Shown here piece by piece: positions 39,404 through 53,888 of a stretch of DNA of 64,000 bases (position 1 is its first letter; every line of letters starts with the position of its first letter). A program made the translations under genes and the position numbers. Under the pieces are notes generated by a model. It had not been told where the DNA came from, did not search any database, and worked only from the letters and a program-made list of their open reading frames with translations. Location: positions 3,224,001 to 3,288,000 of the forward strand of contig JAYWIR010000002.1 in the NCBI GenBank assembly GCA_036172245.1. The letters are read 5' to 3'. This DNA is from Raillietiella orientalis (lineage: Eukaryota).

Positions 39404-42400
39404 TCAAAACAGTGGTCTCGGTGCTCCGCGATTGGGGACGCATGCTCTTCGATCTCTTGCTTGTTTGTAGGGAGGTTTCCTCAAATTGCGCAGAGAAACG
39501 CCTCGGGGATGGATGCCCATGCCTGGACTTCCAGCGCTCTGCCAGACAATTGGACGACGAAGGGAAGGGGTTCTCCCTATGGTGCGAAGATTTGACCTAT
39601 CTTCACCAAATAAGTCTCTCTGTTCTTCACCACCTGAAAGTACGTCTGAAAAAAATGCCTTTCGAAATCAAATGCCAACTACCTTGAGATTCTTCTTCTG
39701 TGGGCACCTCAGATGACGCCTGCTGGTCACAGGATTCGGTTTCCGAGCTCTGTTGCAGCTGCTGCTGCTGCTGCATCACGTAAGACGGATTGGGTGTGGA
39801 AGGAACACTACGTCCACTGTTTGCATCTTCTTGCTGGCATATATCACTGCGAGTATCGTGACTTTCAGAGCTGTGCAAGTCTCCCGAGTTCTCTCCAAAA
39901 AGGAAGCGCTGCGTCGGAGTCTGTGGGGAGCTCACAGCTTCAGCAAAGCCATCGTCGCGCCGATTCTGGATAAACAGGGTAGGAGTACTGGGCACCGCAC
40001 GATCATCGATTTCCTCGTATTGCGGCTGACTAGATCCTGTTAATCGAATGCCGTCTGCATGAGATCTTTGCACAGCTGATATCAATTGACGTGAACTGCA
40101 AAGGCTGGGGATTGGGGGTTCCAGATGGGTTGTTTCCGTTGCGGATATCCTGGGGCTTTCTACTTCTGAAATGGCATCACAACGCAGAAAAAAGAATCTT
40201 GCCTGTGACTTCATCGTCCTCATCTTCTGCATTGATCTGCAACTGCGCATCTTCCTTACCACTTTCTATGCTCTCCTCTTCTTCATCCAGATCTTCCCCC
40301 AATTCTCGATCCAAATCATTCTCACTTTCTTCCTCAACATTGCTACTTTCTTCATTTGAGTCATCGTTGTCCTCCTGAGTGATCTAGCACCAGAATTAAT
40401 TACACCATGCAAATAAACAACTTTGAAATTAGATATACCCTCATGTCTTCGTCATCTGTGTCAATGACAATAACATCATCATCATGTTCCTCAGTGTCTA
40501 CTTGAGTCTGGCTGGAAATAGGATCAATTGAATCGACTGTTTTCAATTTTTTGGGTATTGAACATCCGGTGGTTACACTTTCGTCTGTTTCTTCTTCAGT
40601 TCTAGTTCTTTTGGCATCATGAGGTTGGGGAGTAACCAATGCAATTGTTAAGGCAGCTTGGCTTTCATTGTCATCTGCATCTTGAGAGGCAGAAGAAAGT
40701 GGGGTGCACACAGGAATTTCTTCTTCTTTCCAGCGAGGTGCTAACGTAGGTTGTACAGCTGCTTGGGGAATTGATGAAGGACCAGGAAGAGGATCACTAC
40801 TATTCTGTACAATGTACGATACTGAAACATCTGTTATGCTAGGAGACTGCTGGGCAGTTGGCATCACAGTAGCTCTGCGGGACGTTTGCTGAACTGTTTG
40901 AGAAAGAGGTCGGATGCTTGCTGTGGGAGTGGATCGGGAGGGGACCACTATGCACGGTGTAGTGACGTGAGATGGCCTGGTGGCTGGGGAGGCGGGAGTA
41001 GCCATTGGTTTTATGTTTGCTCGAGGGGGAGGTTCCAGAGAACAGTTTGCCACAGTCAACTTTGCTCCCTGTATTTAAGAATCGGAAAGACTCAAAATCC
41101 CTTGGAGTGAATGCTTGTTACCTGTTGATGCTGCTGCTGCTTTTGCAAATTCTCCAGCTGTTTCTGCTGAATAGAAAGCTTTTGCTGCAAGCCATCTAAT
41201 TCTTTCCTCAACTGATCACGCTCGGACCGTATTTCATCATTCTCCATGATTACTTGCTCCCTTTCTTGCAACAGATCGGAACACTCCTTTTCTAAGTGTA
41301 CAATCCGGCTTCCAAAATTTTCTCTTGAATTCTTGACCTGATTAGTATCTGCATCATCGGGGGTGTCGAATGTAGAGAATCGGTTTTCCTGGATCTCTTT
41401 CAAAATCTTCTGTAAACGCTTGTTTTCTAAAGTAAGAGTGTTGCACTTGGAAGTGAGCTCCTGGATGCGATGCCGTGCATTCTGGAAGATCCTCCTCTTG
41501 CGATCTTCTTTTTCCCCTTCGCCGTTTACACCTGGAGAGCAAGTCTCATTACGCAGTTCGTCGTTCTCTGATTTCAAACGGATATTTTCGCTTTCTATTT
41601 GCTGAAACTATAAATGCGCTGCATTACGTGAAACAATATGACTCCTTTTACCTCCTGCAAAATTTCCTCCAGACGGGATTCTGTGGCTTTTAGTTTGGTT
41701 GCAACATCAATCTCTAAATGCTGCACTGCAGAAACTTTCGAAGATGTTGACTCACCGGCAAGAATTCTTTCGGATTCATTTGATGCAACTTTTCCTTCCT
41801 CAGTATGAGCTCCATCGTCAAAGTCATTCGTATGCAGCTGCTCTTTCAAATTAGCATGTAGGGAGTCCAGTTCATCATATTTGGCCTGTAATTGTTCATA
41901 CTGGCTCTTATACTTGCGGCCAATATTTTTAACTTGACGTACGTTCTTCTGCAGTTCAAGAATTTCATACTCTTTTTGCTGCAACAATTCCGTTTTTAAC
42001 TCAATCACATGATTGAGATCACTAATTTTTCTTTGTTCTTCTTCTAGTTTGCTAATCGTACTTTTCAGGTGCTCAATTTCTGCTTGCTTGGCATTCAGTT
42101 CTCTCAGCAGTTGCTGCTGCTGTTCCAAGTTGCGTTTCTTAACATCTTCGGTGGATTGGATGTTTTGATGTTTCAACTTCTGCATCTCTTGCTGCAAAGA
42201 CTTGTGCTCCTCCTGGAGATGCTGATGTTCATCATTTAATTGCTTCTGCTCATTTTGCATACGAGTATTCACTTCTTGCATACGCTTGTGTTCTTCCTGG
42301 AAATCGTTTATTTCAGTTTCCAACCGTGCTACTTCTTTCTCGTATGTTCTGCATTCTTCTTGAAGATGTTGCATCTGCGTTTCAAGATTTGTCTTCTCTT

Positions 42401-45400
42401 GGATGACTTTTTGAAGCTCTTCTTCAGCCTGCAACTTCTTGCCTGCTTGTTCGACTAGCTGCTGTGATCTCTGTTGCCAACGCAAAATTTCACTTTTTAG
42501 AATTTCATTTTCTGTTTCCAAAACTTCGATTTGGGCCGTTTGCTCTCCTAATTGACGCTCTATGGGTTCAAGTTTTCCCTCCATCTCCTTGATTTTCTGT
42601 TCTCCGATCTGGACCTGTTTCTGAAATTGGTCGCGTTCCTCACGCAGCATTCGATTACAGTCGGTGAGAGTGGCCATAAGTTCAACTTTTCGAAGAAGTT
42701 CAGAATGATGTGCAGCTGTTAACGAAGTAACCTGCGTGTCTTCCATTACTTTCTGAAGGGCTTTGTTCGCATCTTCAAGTTTCTTCTGGAGCATCTCATT
42801 TTGAATTTGTAAACGGTTTGCTTCTGCTTGTGATACTTCTAGTTTTGTACGAGCAATATCTTTATCCTTTCGCAGATACTTGATGATTTCCATTAACTGT
42901 TCGGAACTACGATTTGTTTCATCAACTGTCGCAAATTCTGCTGCAGATACAAGTCCACTACTATTCTGCCGTGAGTTCTCATCAGTTGATGAGTCCAAAA
43001 AGGATAATCTGCTATTCATCAATTCCAACTGACTATGCAAAGCTTGATTCTGTAAATCTAAGACTTCAAATCGCTCGTGCAACTCTTGCTGCTCATCCAT
43101 TAACAACTTCTCTCGTGCCATCCAAGCAACTTCTTTACTTTCTAGAGATTCCTCAGCCTTGATTTTCGCTATGTTAGCTTCCTCCAATTGCACATTATAT
43201 CCACTGATCTTTTCCTTTAATTCTGATAAATGCTGCATGTCTGCAGCATGCAACAGCAATTCACGTTCATATTTTTCTTGAGACTCGTGAGACATTTGCA
43301 AATATTTTTGTAGTTGCACACGAGACTCATCCTCCATTGATTCCAACACCTGCAAACGATTTTGTGTAACAATCAGCTTCTGCTGACAACTTTCTAATTG
43401 TTCTTGCAAGTTTCCACTGGACTGCTGCGTCTGCTCACGTAGCTGCTTGATTTCCTCCTCCAAATCATTTCTCTGGTGTTCTATGATTATGAACTTCTCT
43501 TCCAGCAATAAATAATGCTTGTGTTTTTCCTGTAAACTGCTTTCCATCTCTTCCCTCAACAGCTGCATTGCAGTGCTTGTTTCATGCAATTCTTTCTCCA
43601 ATGACTCAGCAATATTTTTATATTGCTGGATGTGTTGCTGAGAGTTGTCAAGTTGACTTGTCAAGGATTCGATGTTAGATTGTGCTTCAGTTAGGCGTGC
43701 TTCCAAATCCTTAATGTGTTCTCGTGTGCTATCGGAAGTCACACCACTCAAGAACTGTTTAGGAGTGAAGTTGTTCAAAGGAGCTTTAACAGTTGCTTCT
43801 TGAAGATCCTGTTGCAATTTCATTACAGCACTCTGAGATTCCTCCAGATCACTATGTGCTTTCTCTAGTAACGCCTTTGTGTTTCTCAGACTGGTCTCCA
43901 GCTCACGATTTTCCTTTTCCCAATTTTGGATTGTGTCCCTAAAGAATTCCTGATTGCTTTCCAACTTCTTCTGCAAAACAGTGTTCTCCTTTTGTAAAGT
44001 TTTTACTTGATCTTCAAGCCTCATTTTACTTTCACTGTCAGCTTTATCCAGATTGTTCTTGATAGCTTCCAGATTTGCTATCAGTAGCGTTTGATTGCGC
44101 TGCTCTCGATGAAGAGATTCGTTTTCCTGGCGCGTTCTTGCTTCTCGTAGCTTGCACATATTTATTTCGTCCTGCAGTGTTTGTGACTGCACTTCCAAAC
44201 GGGTACAACGCTGCTGTAAATTCAACAAGTCATCTTTTAAGTGCGCAATGGTTTCTTCATGACGTCCAACAAGTGTGCTGTATTGTTGTTTCTTATCCTC
44301 AGCAAGAGACAACTGCTGCTTGGTACTCTCCAAACTTCGCAAAGCTGCTTGAAGACGTTCATCATTGTATTCGAGTTTTGCCTCTAGTCTGCATTTATCC
44401 AACCTACATCACTTAGGTCACTGTCTGCTATCCCAAGTTTGCTACTTACTTGACCTGTTCCATTTCATCACGACACTGTTGCAAACTCTCTCTTAACATT
44501 TTCTCATTTTGTGATTTCTCCTTCTGGTAGTTCTCAAACTGTTCCTGCAGCTCTTTCATAGATGCTGATATTTCTGGAAGAGCAGTTGTGGTTGCAGGAG
44601 TTGCTGCAACTGTCGTTACAGTCGGAGATACTGGTATTGTGGAACTGTTGTGAACCAGAGCTTTGTACATATCCCGCTGCTGCACAATACTTTCGACAAT
44701 TTGAGTCTGGCAGTCACGTGTCTTTTTGAGCTCATCTATTTCCTTCCATGCTTGCTCTAAATCTTCCTACAGATTTTGCTACAACTAGGAAACATTTCCT
44801 ACTCTTTACCTTCAATGTCTTTGTTTTATCTGAGAGCATTTCCTTTTCCTGTTGTTCTTTTTCATCAGATAATGCCCTTAACGATATCAGAAGTTGTTGA
44901 TTTTGTTGATGCAATTCCTGAATATCACGGAATGTCACCAGATGTTTGCTGATAACCTAGAAAAATGGCTGCATAACGTGAAAATTGCCACTAAGAGTTT
45001 ATGCTTATATCAAATCGAGAGACGTGTTTACAAATAGTGGAATTTTTTTTGTTTACATGCCAATGATGATATGTGGAGAATAATATGAAGAACATAAAAC
45101 GGTAAATGATAGAAGCACTATGCAACCACTTCACCCACCATGCTATCATATGGCATGATGTGTGAACTGATTGCATAGCATGAAGCAACATAACTGAAAC
45201 AAATGTGAGCTGTACATTAAAGCAATTGCACGTTTCAAACATGAAAAAGGAAATCAACGAATTTCAATAAATTAACGTAAACGAGACTAAGATGCTTTAT
45301 AAGATAATGGGGCTTTTCGAAACAACCATACCTCATTTGCTGTGCTTATTTCCTCACTAGGAGTATCTTCTCCCTCAACTGGAACAGAATTTCCTCGATA

Positions 45401-48400
45401 TTCCTCAATTTGTTTTAGCAGAGTACACACTTGTAGGCTCAAATCTTTAATCTGAAGCTCAAGCCGCTCATTTTCTCTATTTGTTTGAGCAATTTCTCGC
45501 TTAGTTTCATGACCTTCAAATTTGAGATGATCATTTTCTTGCATAGCGGCATTCATCTGAGCAGTCAATGCTTCCAATTTATCAAGACATTCTTCGTATT
45601 CTTCTCTCTGTCTTCTTAACAAAGGTGCTCTCGCAGCTATATCTTGAAAAATACGATCCAGAAATTGCCTTAACTTCTGTGCCTCTGTACGCTCCAAACA
45701 CAACTGCTCCGTTACTTTCATATATTCAGAATAAATCTGCGTTAAACTCATACCAGACCGAAACATTTTGCTTGCAGTTGCTGCTGATGGTGAAATGATT
45801 TCAATGCCTTCTTCTATTAAACCTATAGAACAAGTGTACACAGAACTTAAAAGGACAGCGCTCTTACCTCGCTTTTTAGTAAGTTCCAATAATGTATTTG
45901 CATCTTGAAGCTCCCGGTTCAATTCAGAAATTACCTCATCCTTTTCAGCCAGCTTCTTGTCTTTTTCCTGTACAAGTTGTGTCATTTTGGTTTCCAATTC
46001 TCCATACATTGCAGAAGCTTCTTTTAACAAATGTTTCAATTCCTCATTCGCAGCAGCCAGATCGCAACATTTGGTTTCAGCATCTTCACTAGATTCTTTA
46101 TACAAATCTGCAAGTCGCATTTGGACAGTAAGTTGCTTTTGATAGCTTTCCTCCAAATGGAGCTCGGATTCTCGACTTTCTTTCAATTTTTCTATTAACT
46201 CTTCTTCTCTTTTGCGGAGACTTTCCACTTCCTTTTTCTGCAACTTCAGCTCTGATTCTGTCATTTCGAACTATTAGTAAGAAAAATTAATACAAGTAAA
46301 AGAAGAAAAGGGTCATTACTTCCTCAATTTTCTCAGTCAGCAATAGACGTGTTTCCATGTATCTTCTTGTGTTTTCTCGACTTTGTACAGTAAGCTGATT
46401 TTCTAACTGTGAAATCTGAGAATTAAGAAGATCGATTTTGCTTTGAAGAAGATCTTTTTCTTGCTCTATTCTACATTCCCTGTGGTCAAAAACATCAAAT
46501 GAAATTTACAACTCATTATTCACAACAAATTAACAGTTACTTTTCTTGCAGCTTTGTTTCCCTCTCCAAGATTTCCTCCATCCGCAGTAAAGACTCATAC
46601 TTGTGATTATTGGCAACAAGTAATTCCTTTGATAAGTTATTAATTTGTTCCGTGAGATTATTAATTTCAATATTCTTCCTATCAAGAGCTTCAGCAAATT
46701 CTTGACGTTGAGATGTTAGCAACTGATTTCCTTGTTTTAATGCGTGCATTTCAGCTTCTTCCCTATGAAATCATTACAGTCACATTACATGACGAGGAAA
46801 TTTTAACTGCAGCCTGCAAAGAAAATCTAATTGTTCTTTATCAAGAAAAATAAACGGTGTCCCATGAATTGAATCGTGTTCTTGATTTCGTATCAGGATA
46901 TGACCAAAATATTTCCCTGTATTTGAATATTCGATAATACTTCTATCACTACAACAGATTTGAATCCACGCTCACACAAGTGGCATGCATCTACGTATGT
47001 ACATACACTATCAGTATCATAGCGTACGTAATTCGACGAGTAAAATATTCACTCACGGAATTTAAAGATCCTAGAAGAAATTAAATATTGAAAAGTAGCA
47101 ATCCTAAATATTAGAAGAAATGCTCTTTTTTTTAACCAGTTGGTGTGCTTCCCTTTGCCATTTTGCAGAGAAGTCATTCAGCTAACGGATGTTAAGATAA
47201 AGAGGATGCACAAGTCATTAGGAACAATAAAAGTACTTCGTAGATAAAAAGGAAGAGGAACAACTGGGCAATATCTGGAACCGTAGCAAAATCCCCAAAA
47301 CTTTGGAGAGGCAATGTGCGATGCGAGGAAAGACGAAAACCAATGTCAAGTGCGTTATGCTAGCACCGGTTACGTTGAATTTGAAAATTCCGATAAACGT
47401 CGCTTACCAGGCTTTCGACCTTTCACAAACACCACATTCAGAATTAGGAAACATCGAGTGTGTACGTGCTTGGGTAATGAGAAACCCAACTCTCTGAAAT
47501 ATCGTTCGGTGATTGCTGTTAGCAGAAGGGAAAAAATCGCTGCCAAGTTTAAAGAACGGAAACTAAAATGTGCAACAGAGCAGACCTTTGTGCATAACTC
47601 AAAGGGAGATCTTGAAAAAAAAACTCCAAGATGAGCAATTTAGGAATTCCCACAAAACGACATGTTCTTAACAGTGCCAAAGTGTAGATCAACGTAAAAG
47701 CCCTGAAAAGGCGTTGGTCAATTGCATTTCCCCTAATTACAGCCACAAGAACTATTCGTCTTAGTTTCAAGCAGCTTGTCTCTCACGAAGTTTACCTCCT
47801 TACGATTAAGTTGGGGAAGCCAATGCAACTCATCGATACGAATGCAAAAACTAAGGAGAACACCAAAGTGTACTGTGATCAACGAATGAAAAAAACATAT
47901 ATATCTTATTTGAAAACTAGTTAAAGATCGAAGAATGCCAGGTACTTCATAGCACATACGAGGAGGAACAAAACTTCCACTTCGACAAAAATTCAGATAC
48001 AATCTTAAAATGCAGCTATTGTCAAAAAAAGGAATCACGGATCAAAATTGCCGCAAATAAGGTTTCCTAAAACACAGAAACAAAAACCCTAGTATGATGA
48101 GAATGTAGACACATGGGGGCCAAATCTAAAGGATTCATTTGGTTGGGCGAAATACTGATTAGAGGCCACGCGGAAAAAGCAAACTCTGCAAGATTTCAGC
48201 TATAGCATGCAACGAAGAAAACGACGATAGTTCTGGAAGCTGGAAAAACGAAGCAAAATTCGATACGAACGAGTATGTGTATCCTTACCTTCTCCCAAAA
48301 CGAACTGTCCTGGATCACGTATTCCCTACCTACCCACAAAACTATCCCAAATTTTTGCAAAGCCAAAACAGACCAATGGCACAGAAGTCTCAAAATCATT

Positions 48401-51400
48401 ATATATTACACATGTGGTCACTGCAACCGCGTAATGAGAACCTCAATCTTTGCATGAAAATGCATAATAAAAAAACAAAACAGAACATTCTCGATGAGAA
48501 CGGAGAAAATCAACCGTTAACTTCAAGGCATTTTGTAGAGCATGGACAAAGTAAAAACCAAAGTGAAATGAGAATTTTTTTTCAAATCATTCTACACTTG
48601 AGCAGTACGGATGAATACAGTATTTCACAAAATTCCCGTGTTCCTGAGTAGTTTGTACAAGTTTTGTACGTCTGAAACTCCTCTATGGATACCGTTCTGA
48701 CTCCGCGGTGGGCAGCGGAAGCGCGAAAGATATCAAACGTGAGGGTGCTCACTTTCACACAAACTGTGCATTTGAAATCGGCATCACTGGAAGTATATAA
48801 GAATACTCTCTAAAGAGAAAAAGAAAAAAGAAAAAGGGGAACCCCAAACCCTCGACAAGAAGTGTCACCTGAAATCGGGAGAACACTAGAAAACACGGAA
48901 AGAACTGGAAGGCGCTTGAGCCTGTAGAAAGCCGTAGATCGACCAACAGTCCAGTTCTTGGGGCATTCGTACGCAAACTCGGTTACAACCCATCAGAGAA
49001 TCACAGGTGAATTTGTCAAATTATTAAAATCACAGAAGCAATTTATAATTAATGATTCCATTTGTTTGTGGATGTCTTTAACTAGCTGTATATGACACAT
49101 ACACACATAATATGTAATGTGAATGAAACTATAAACAGTAACCATCAAAAGACCAAATGGGATTCCACGGTGGTTTAAAGACGGAGATGGAAGGGTTGCG
49201 TACAACATGGGAAGTCGGAAAACATTGCGCAACACTGTCACAGAATGTTAACTCTGACACGACCATCCTGCTACCGTACCATCATTTATAATGGTGATAT
49301 ACCTTGATCTATTAAGCACAGCTTGTGGAGGCATACAGACCGGGATGACACAGAGCGGCAAAGGAAGCCAAGGTGTCTGGAGCCCGATGCCAGCAATTAA
49401 GGACACGAAGGAATGAGATGGAAGCGCGACGACTCCTACGCTACTACCGGTTAAAGACTAAATGGCAAAGCACTAAAACTCCCTCCTTATCGATAGACGT
49501 GAAATTCGAAAAACCTGAACAAAATCAAAACACTCCTTCCGGTACAACTCTGCAGAGATGAGAAGCTTCACGTATGAAACTAGGCAATATTAAGATTATG
49601 CACCACAGAAACTGACTGTTCGACACTCAGATTCGCTCAAATGCTATAGATGGCAAGGCCACACTTATGGGCTCCCAGTTGCAACCCTAGCATTCGCGAT
49701 TCACCTACTGTGACAGGTGTGTAAATTCAAACTGCAAGAAAAAAAAGAAGCCCAAGGCTTGGAGGGGGGGAAGGATGGGATGAAACTTGAAATGAAGGAA
49801 GCAGGAGATTCGGAGGATTTATAGGGATGGGTGCAGAAAACACACTTACTAAAGAAACATCACAAAAAGAAAAACTAGGCTGGACCCGCGGAATATACAA
49901 AATGATGAACGCATACATAGACTGTTTCAAACTTCACATTCGATTGTTAATGATAAATAAATAAGGAAGTTGCGCACACATGATGGGAGGGAGAAAAAAA
50001 ATACGGGAAGGACATTACGGATGAATGGAAACCATCAAAACTCTAACGCAACAAATGCGAACAAAATTTACGATTTCCTCATCAAATGCCGAACAAATGC
50101 GTGCACATGGACCGACGATGCTGTTGAAAAGCCATTCATCACGAAATCGGAAGAACCTCCAGACAGGTTTTTCTCACAAGAGTTGCACTTCTAATCCTTA
50201 GAAGTGATCCAATAAAAGGTATCTAAACTCTGACTAACTACGCGTATCCAACATTTACGAGGTTATGAGTGAGATCGTGATATTCTTTCGTCCAACCGCA
50301 GGTGCACCAACAGAATACTGCTAAAATGTGTAAAGTCGCTCAAAAACCATAATTAAGACATCCAACTGAAACTTCACTCACTGAAAGTTAATGCATTTAC
50401 ATGAAAAAGGCACAAGATTCATTGGGCAACGTTTACTTGAAGTAATAGAGAAATTTCGAATTTCGACATGGATCTAGAGATCCTTGTCGGAATCTGTCTA
50501 AGCTAAAAAAAGACGTCAATGCAAAGGTGGGTTCACTGAATTTATCTTAAAGCGATGGATTTACAGAAAACGACCAAACTGTTTAAACAATCTTCAAGGC
50601 ATAATTTTCCCTTCCATGTTGGTGACCTGAAGCAGACCTTAGGAGCTCTAAAGTAGAAAACACATTGTATGGGTTTCAAGTGAACCCATATAATGTGTTT
50701 GAAACCCAATATCTGAGATCCACTATCTGAGATAATATCTGTGTTTGGACGGCACAGCAGTCTTTGTCAAGAATGACGTCTTTCAACATGTCGTTGCAGA
50801 AAACTAACTGAAATTGGTTCACAAGCTATATACTCGTATAGAGATAAATTGAGAGAACTCTAATCTAATCCTGTCTGTTCCCCAAGAAGCATGAGGTCCC
50901 TGGTGAGCAGTGAATGCTATGAATACTTAGAAATCGACACGAAAGATACTAAAAAATATCTTAAAAGTCAGTGACTTGAGAAAAGCGACGTAGTATGTCA
51001 AGTCAAATTTATGCAGCAATCATCGTACATAACTTGTCATATATCACGGATTTGTGAAGTTGCCAACAAAAACACGCCCCGCCCACAATTTGCTAATAAG
51101 GAAGTTTGTCTACAGGCGTTTCGATTAAGACGAAAATTAACCAACATTTACTCTCATGTGCTTTCTGAACTTCCTGGCTAAGTTTTAATATGAAATAGAA
51201 GAAAAGCTATCGCAATGGTCAAAGAAACATGTAAAACCGTTGCAACTGAAATCAAGGGATTTTTACATCAAGATGTACCGCACAACGCACGAGCTCATTA
51301 TTGCAAAAAGAAGTACGGCAAATAACTCTGCAACAAGGCAAAACAATTGATATTGCACCAAAAAAGTACTTAAGGAACAAAAAAATATATATCAATGGTG

Positions 51401-53888
51401 CAGATTCTTCTGCATGGCTAGTGGTTCTAAAATCCGGAAACCTTTTACAAGAAGGCAGAAACGTCCTCTGTCAACAACAAAGCAACCATAGCAGGCAAAA
51501 CCACACAGAAACCAGTGGGAAGATTTCACAATAAAATGTGTCAAATTAGTCCCTTTACAAAGAGTTCTATGGTCCATACACCTTTCAATAAAGGAGCATA
51601 TTTAAAAAAGCACATCATAAATTCAAAATGTAAGCACACATGACCACATTTGTTGAGAATGAACTGGCAACGATTAACAGTCAAACAAACTACGAGACAT
51701 CGTCATTCATGATGTGAAAAGAAATAAGACGTTCTTTGATGAAGTTTGGATGAGATACAAAATAATCCTTGCCCAACTGTATTACAAAAAGAAATTCCAG
51801 TATGCTCAAGAATGGCCCCAAAAATCCAGCACTATATGGCTAAAGTGATTTTTTTGTTCTAAGAAAAGAATCACGTCATTCCAAAATTTAAATGGATAAT
51901 TCCAGAAGGAGATAGGCACTGACAAGGATACAATTGTCTACATTCAACCTTTAGTCCTTAAAAAAAATCCCTTTAGACAGAGTTTTAACTTCACAACCTT
52001 TAGAAGCAAGCATCAATTCAGCAGAATTAACATGTTTCAGAAGGCAGTAGGAGTTTATGGTGAAGATAACAACTATATAAAGAACCTGAAGTGAACTAAA
52101 AAATGAAATAACAAAAAGCACCTTCACAGGAGAGGAACATTTCATGCAGGTATATATATTTTTAACCTCTTAAGATGTGATCTGCTGATGTGACATGCTG
52201 TTATGTATGAGCATATACTGCTTTGAATCTCATAAATAGAACAAATTATAATTTTGAACTTCCGCTATTTAATACTTAAGAAGTTCAAAAGTCTCTCAAG
52301 CAGGAAAGACACTATATGTTTTATTTTGGCTAAATAAGAATTTCCTTTCAAAAATCTCGATGCATTTAAACTAAGTTTGATAATTTAGAAATGAACTCTT
52401 GGGTTGGTCAGTAAAACTGAACACAAGAATAAACCTAATACATCACACAAACGATTTGATACCGATGTTTTCCTTGATTTAACAAATACGTAATACCTTT
52501 GGATGGATTTGGATATCTCATCCTTTAAAAATTTTACATGAAAGATGTAATCCACAAAGCAAAAAAAAAAATGAAAACAGGAGGAAACATCACTACAGGG
52601 GCAGTAGTAATTCTGTTGAAAGCACAATTGCATGCATACATAATCTCCAAAATATTTTCAGGAATGTAAAACTTTTGAAGACACTCAGAAGAGTGCTATA
52701 AAAATATGTACAATTCTTAGATGAACAATACAAAACTGTAATACTAGAAGGTCCAAGAGAACATCACCAAGAAAACATAACCAAACAAATCCGAAAACCC
52801 TTTCGGGATGGATTCTTCATACATTAGAAAAACAGAAATAAAAAACAAACAAGTAAACTACCAAAAAAGCACCAATACTCAAAGCTTCGAACTATCTGAA
52901 TCCTATATCACTCACCAATGTCATACATTTTGGGTGTTCCAAAAGTTTGTACTAGATTATACTGGATTTTTATGAATCTGCAAAGCAGCCCTCAAGATGT
53001 TTGAAGTTTATATTGTTAGTTTCCTATGAGAACCCCATCACCAACAAAAGAAGATTTTGTAACATTAATCTTCATAAACAGATTATAAAGAAGCACATCT
53101 GTCAAAATCCTTACAAAAAGAAACTCCACAATGAATTTGCTGTTGATTCTACTAATGATAAAACAATAACATAGCAATCATTTGATTTTAAATACTTTCT
53201 TAATATTTTACTGTTTCTAATAGTTACAAATGAGCATTTACCCAAGTCCTAATTGGAAACTTAACTGTGACTTACTTATTTACTTACTTTTGCATTTGGG
53301 TCAGTGCGTTGTTCAACTTTCCCTGAGTTTCTGAAAGTTTGAGCTCACATCCATTCAAGAGTTCTCTGTATTCATTAGCTGTTACAAGCTGAGAATTGAT
53401 TTTTGCTTGTGTCTCCAGTGCATATTTTTCAAATTCAAACGACTGTTGTTCTGAAACATCAATACAAACTGCAATGCAATGCAAACTTCTAAAACGCAAT
53501 GCAAAACGGCAATTCGAGTTTCTTAAACACAAGGCATACTTGAATTCGAACATGCTGTGAAATATTCAGGAATTAAAAATCATAAATACACAATACAGGA
53601 ATATCTTCATATTCATGCTTCCAAACACTGAGCTGATTGCACGCTAGAAATTTCTTTCAGAGAGAAACAAACGAAACATCACTTACACAGCTGCATTTTG
53701 TAGATTGCAGAAATATTAAAAAATGTCCACTTACCTAATGCAACCTTCAATTTATGGTTTTCATCTTTTAAACTGGATGTTTGGATTTGAGTTTTGATAA
53801 GAGTTTCAATTTTTTCCTTCATATGATCTGTTAACATACAAACCTCTGCTGCACTGAATTCACTCCAAGGATCAAATTTTTCTTCCAT
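39404..53888 (-). CDS. TPR: Nucleoprotein TPR (Megator/Mlp1-like nuclear basket coiled-coil protein), complete spliced gene
   Basis: Exons 53735-53888, 53288-53450, 46541-46762, 46320-46479, 45868-46270, 45332-45822, 44810-44956, 44450-44766, 41652-44403, 41122-41601, 40439-41068, 40203(or 40260)-40383, 39683-40165, 39404-39633; splice phases checked by eye. TPR motifs: SPSAATASK...GMSLTQIYSEY, LVTFRDIQELHQQNQQLL, QQRDMYK, KYERELLLHAAD, YLRKDKDIA, DDRAVPSTPTL, DGFAEAVSSPQ. Probable 5'UTR intron 53902-54069. Confidence 0.93.
41652..44403 (-). CDS. TPR: TPR largest coding exon (coiled coil, TPR_MLP1_2 region)
   Basis: Within the 935-aa coiled-coil ORF containing QEKYERELLLHAAD and QVKNIGRKYK; acceptor gatgtag, donor gtaaaa. 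Confidence 0.93.
47300..48500 (+). mobile_element. Decayed LINE RT remnant in the large TPR intron
   Basis: KVYCDQ ~ YADD; NARYF ~ AKYL; C-terminal TCGHCN...C, collinear but highly degenerate. Confidence 0.3.
51050..51650 (+). mobile_element. Decayed LINE RT remnant in the large TPR intron
   Basis: YLRNKKIYINGADSSAWLVVLKSG resembles the LINE RT segment YL.NR.Q.V.ING..S......SGV.QG. Confidence 0.45.
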
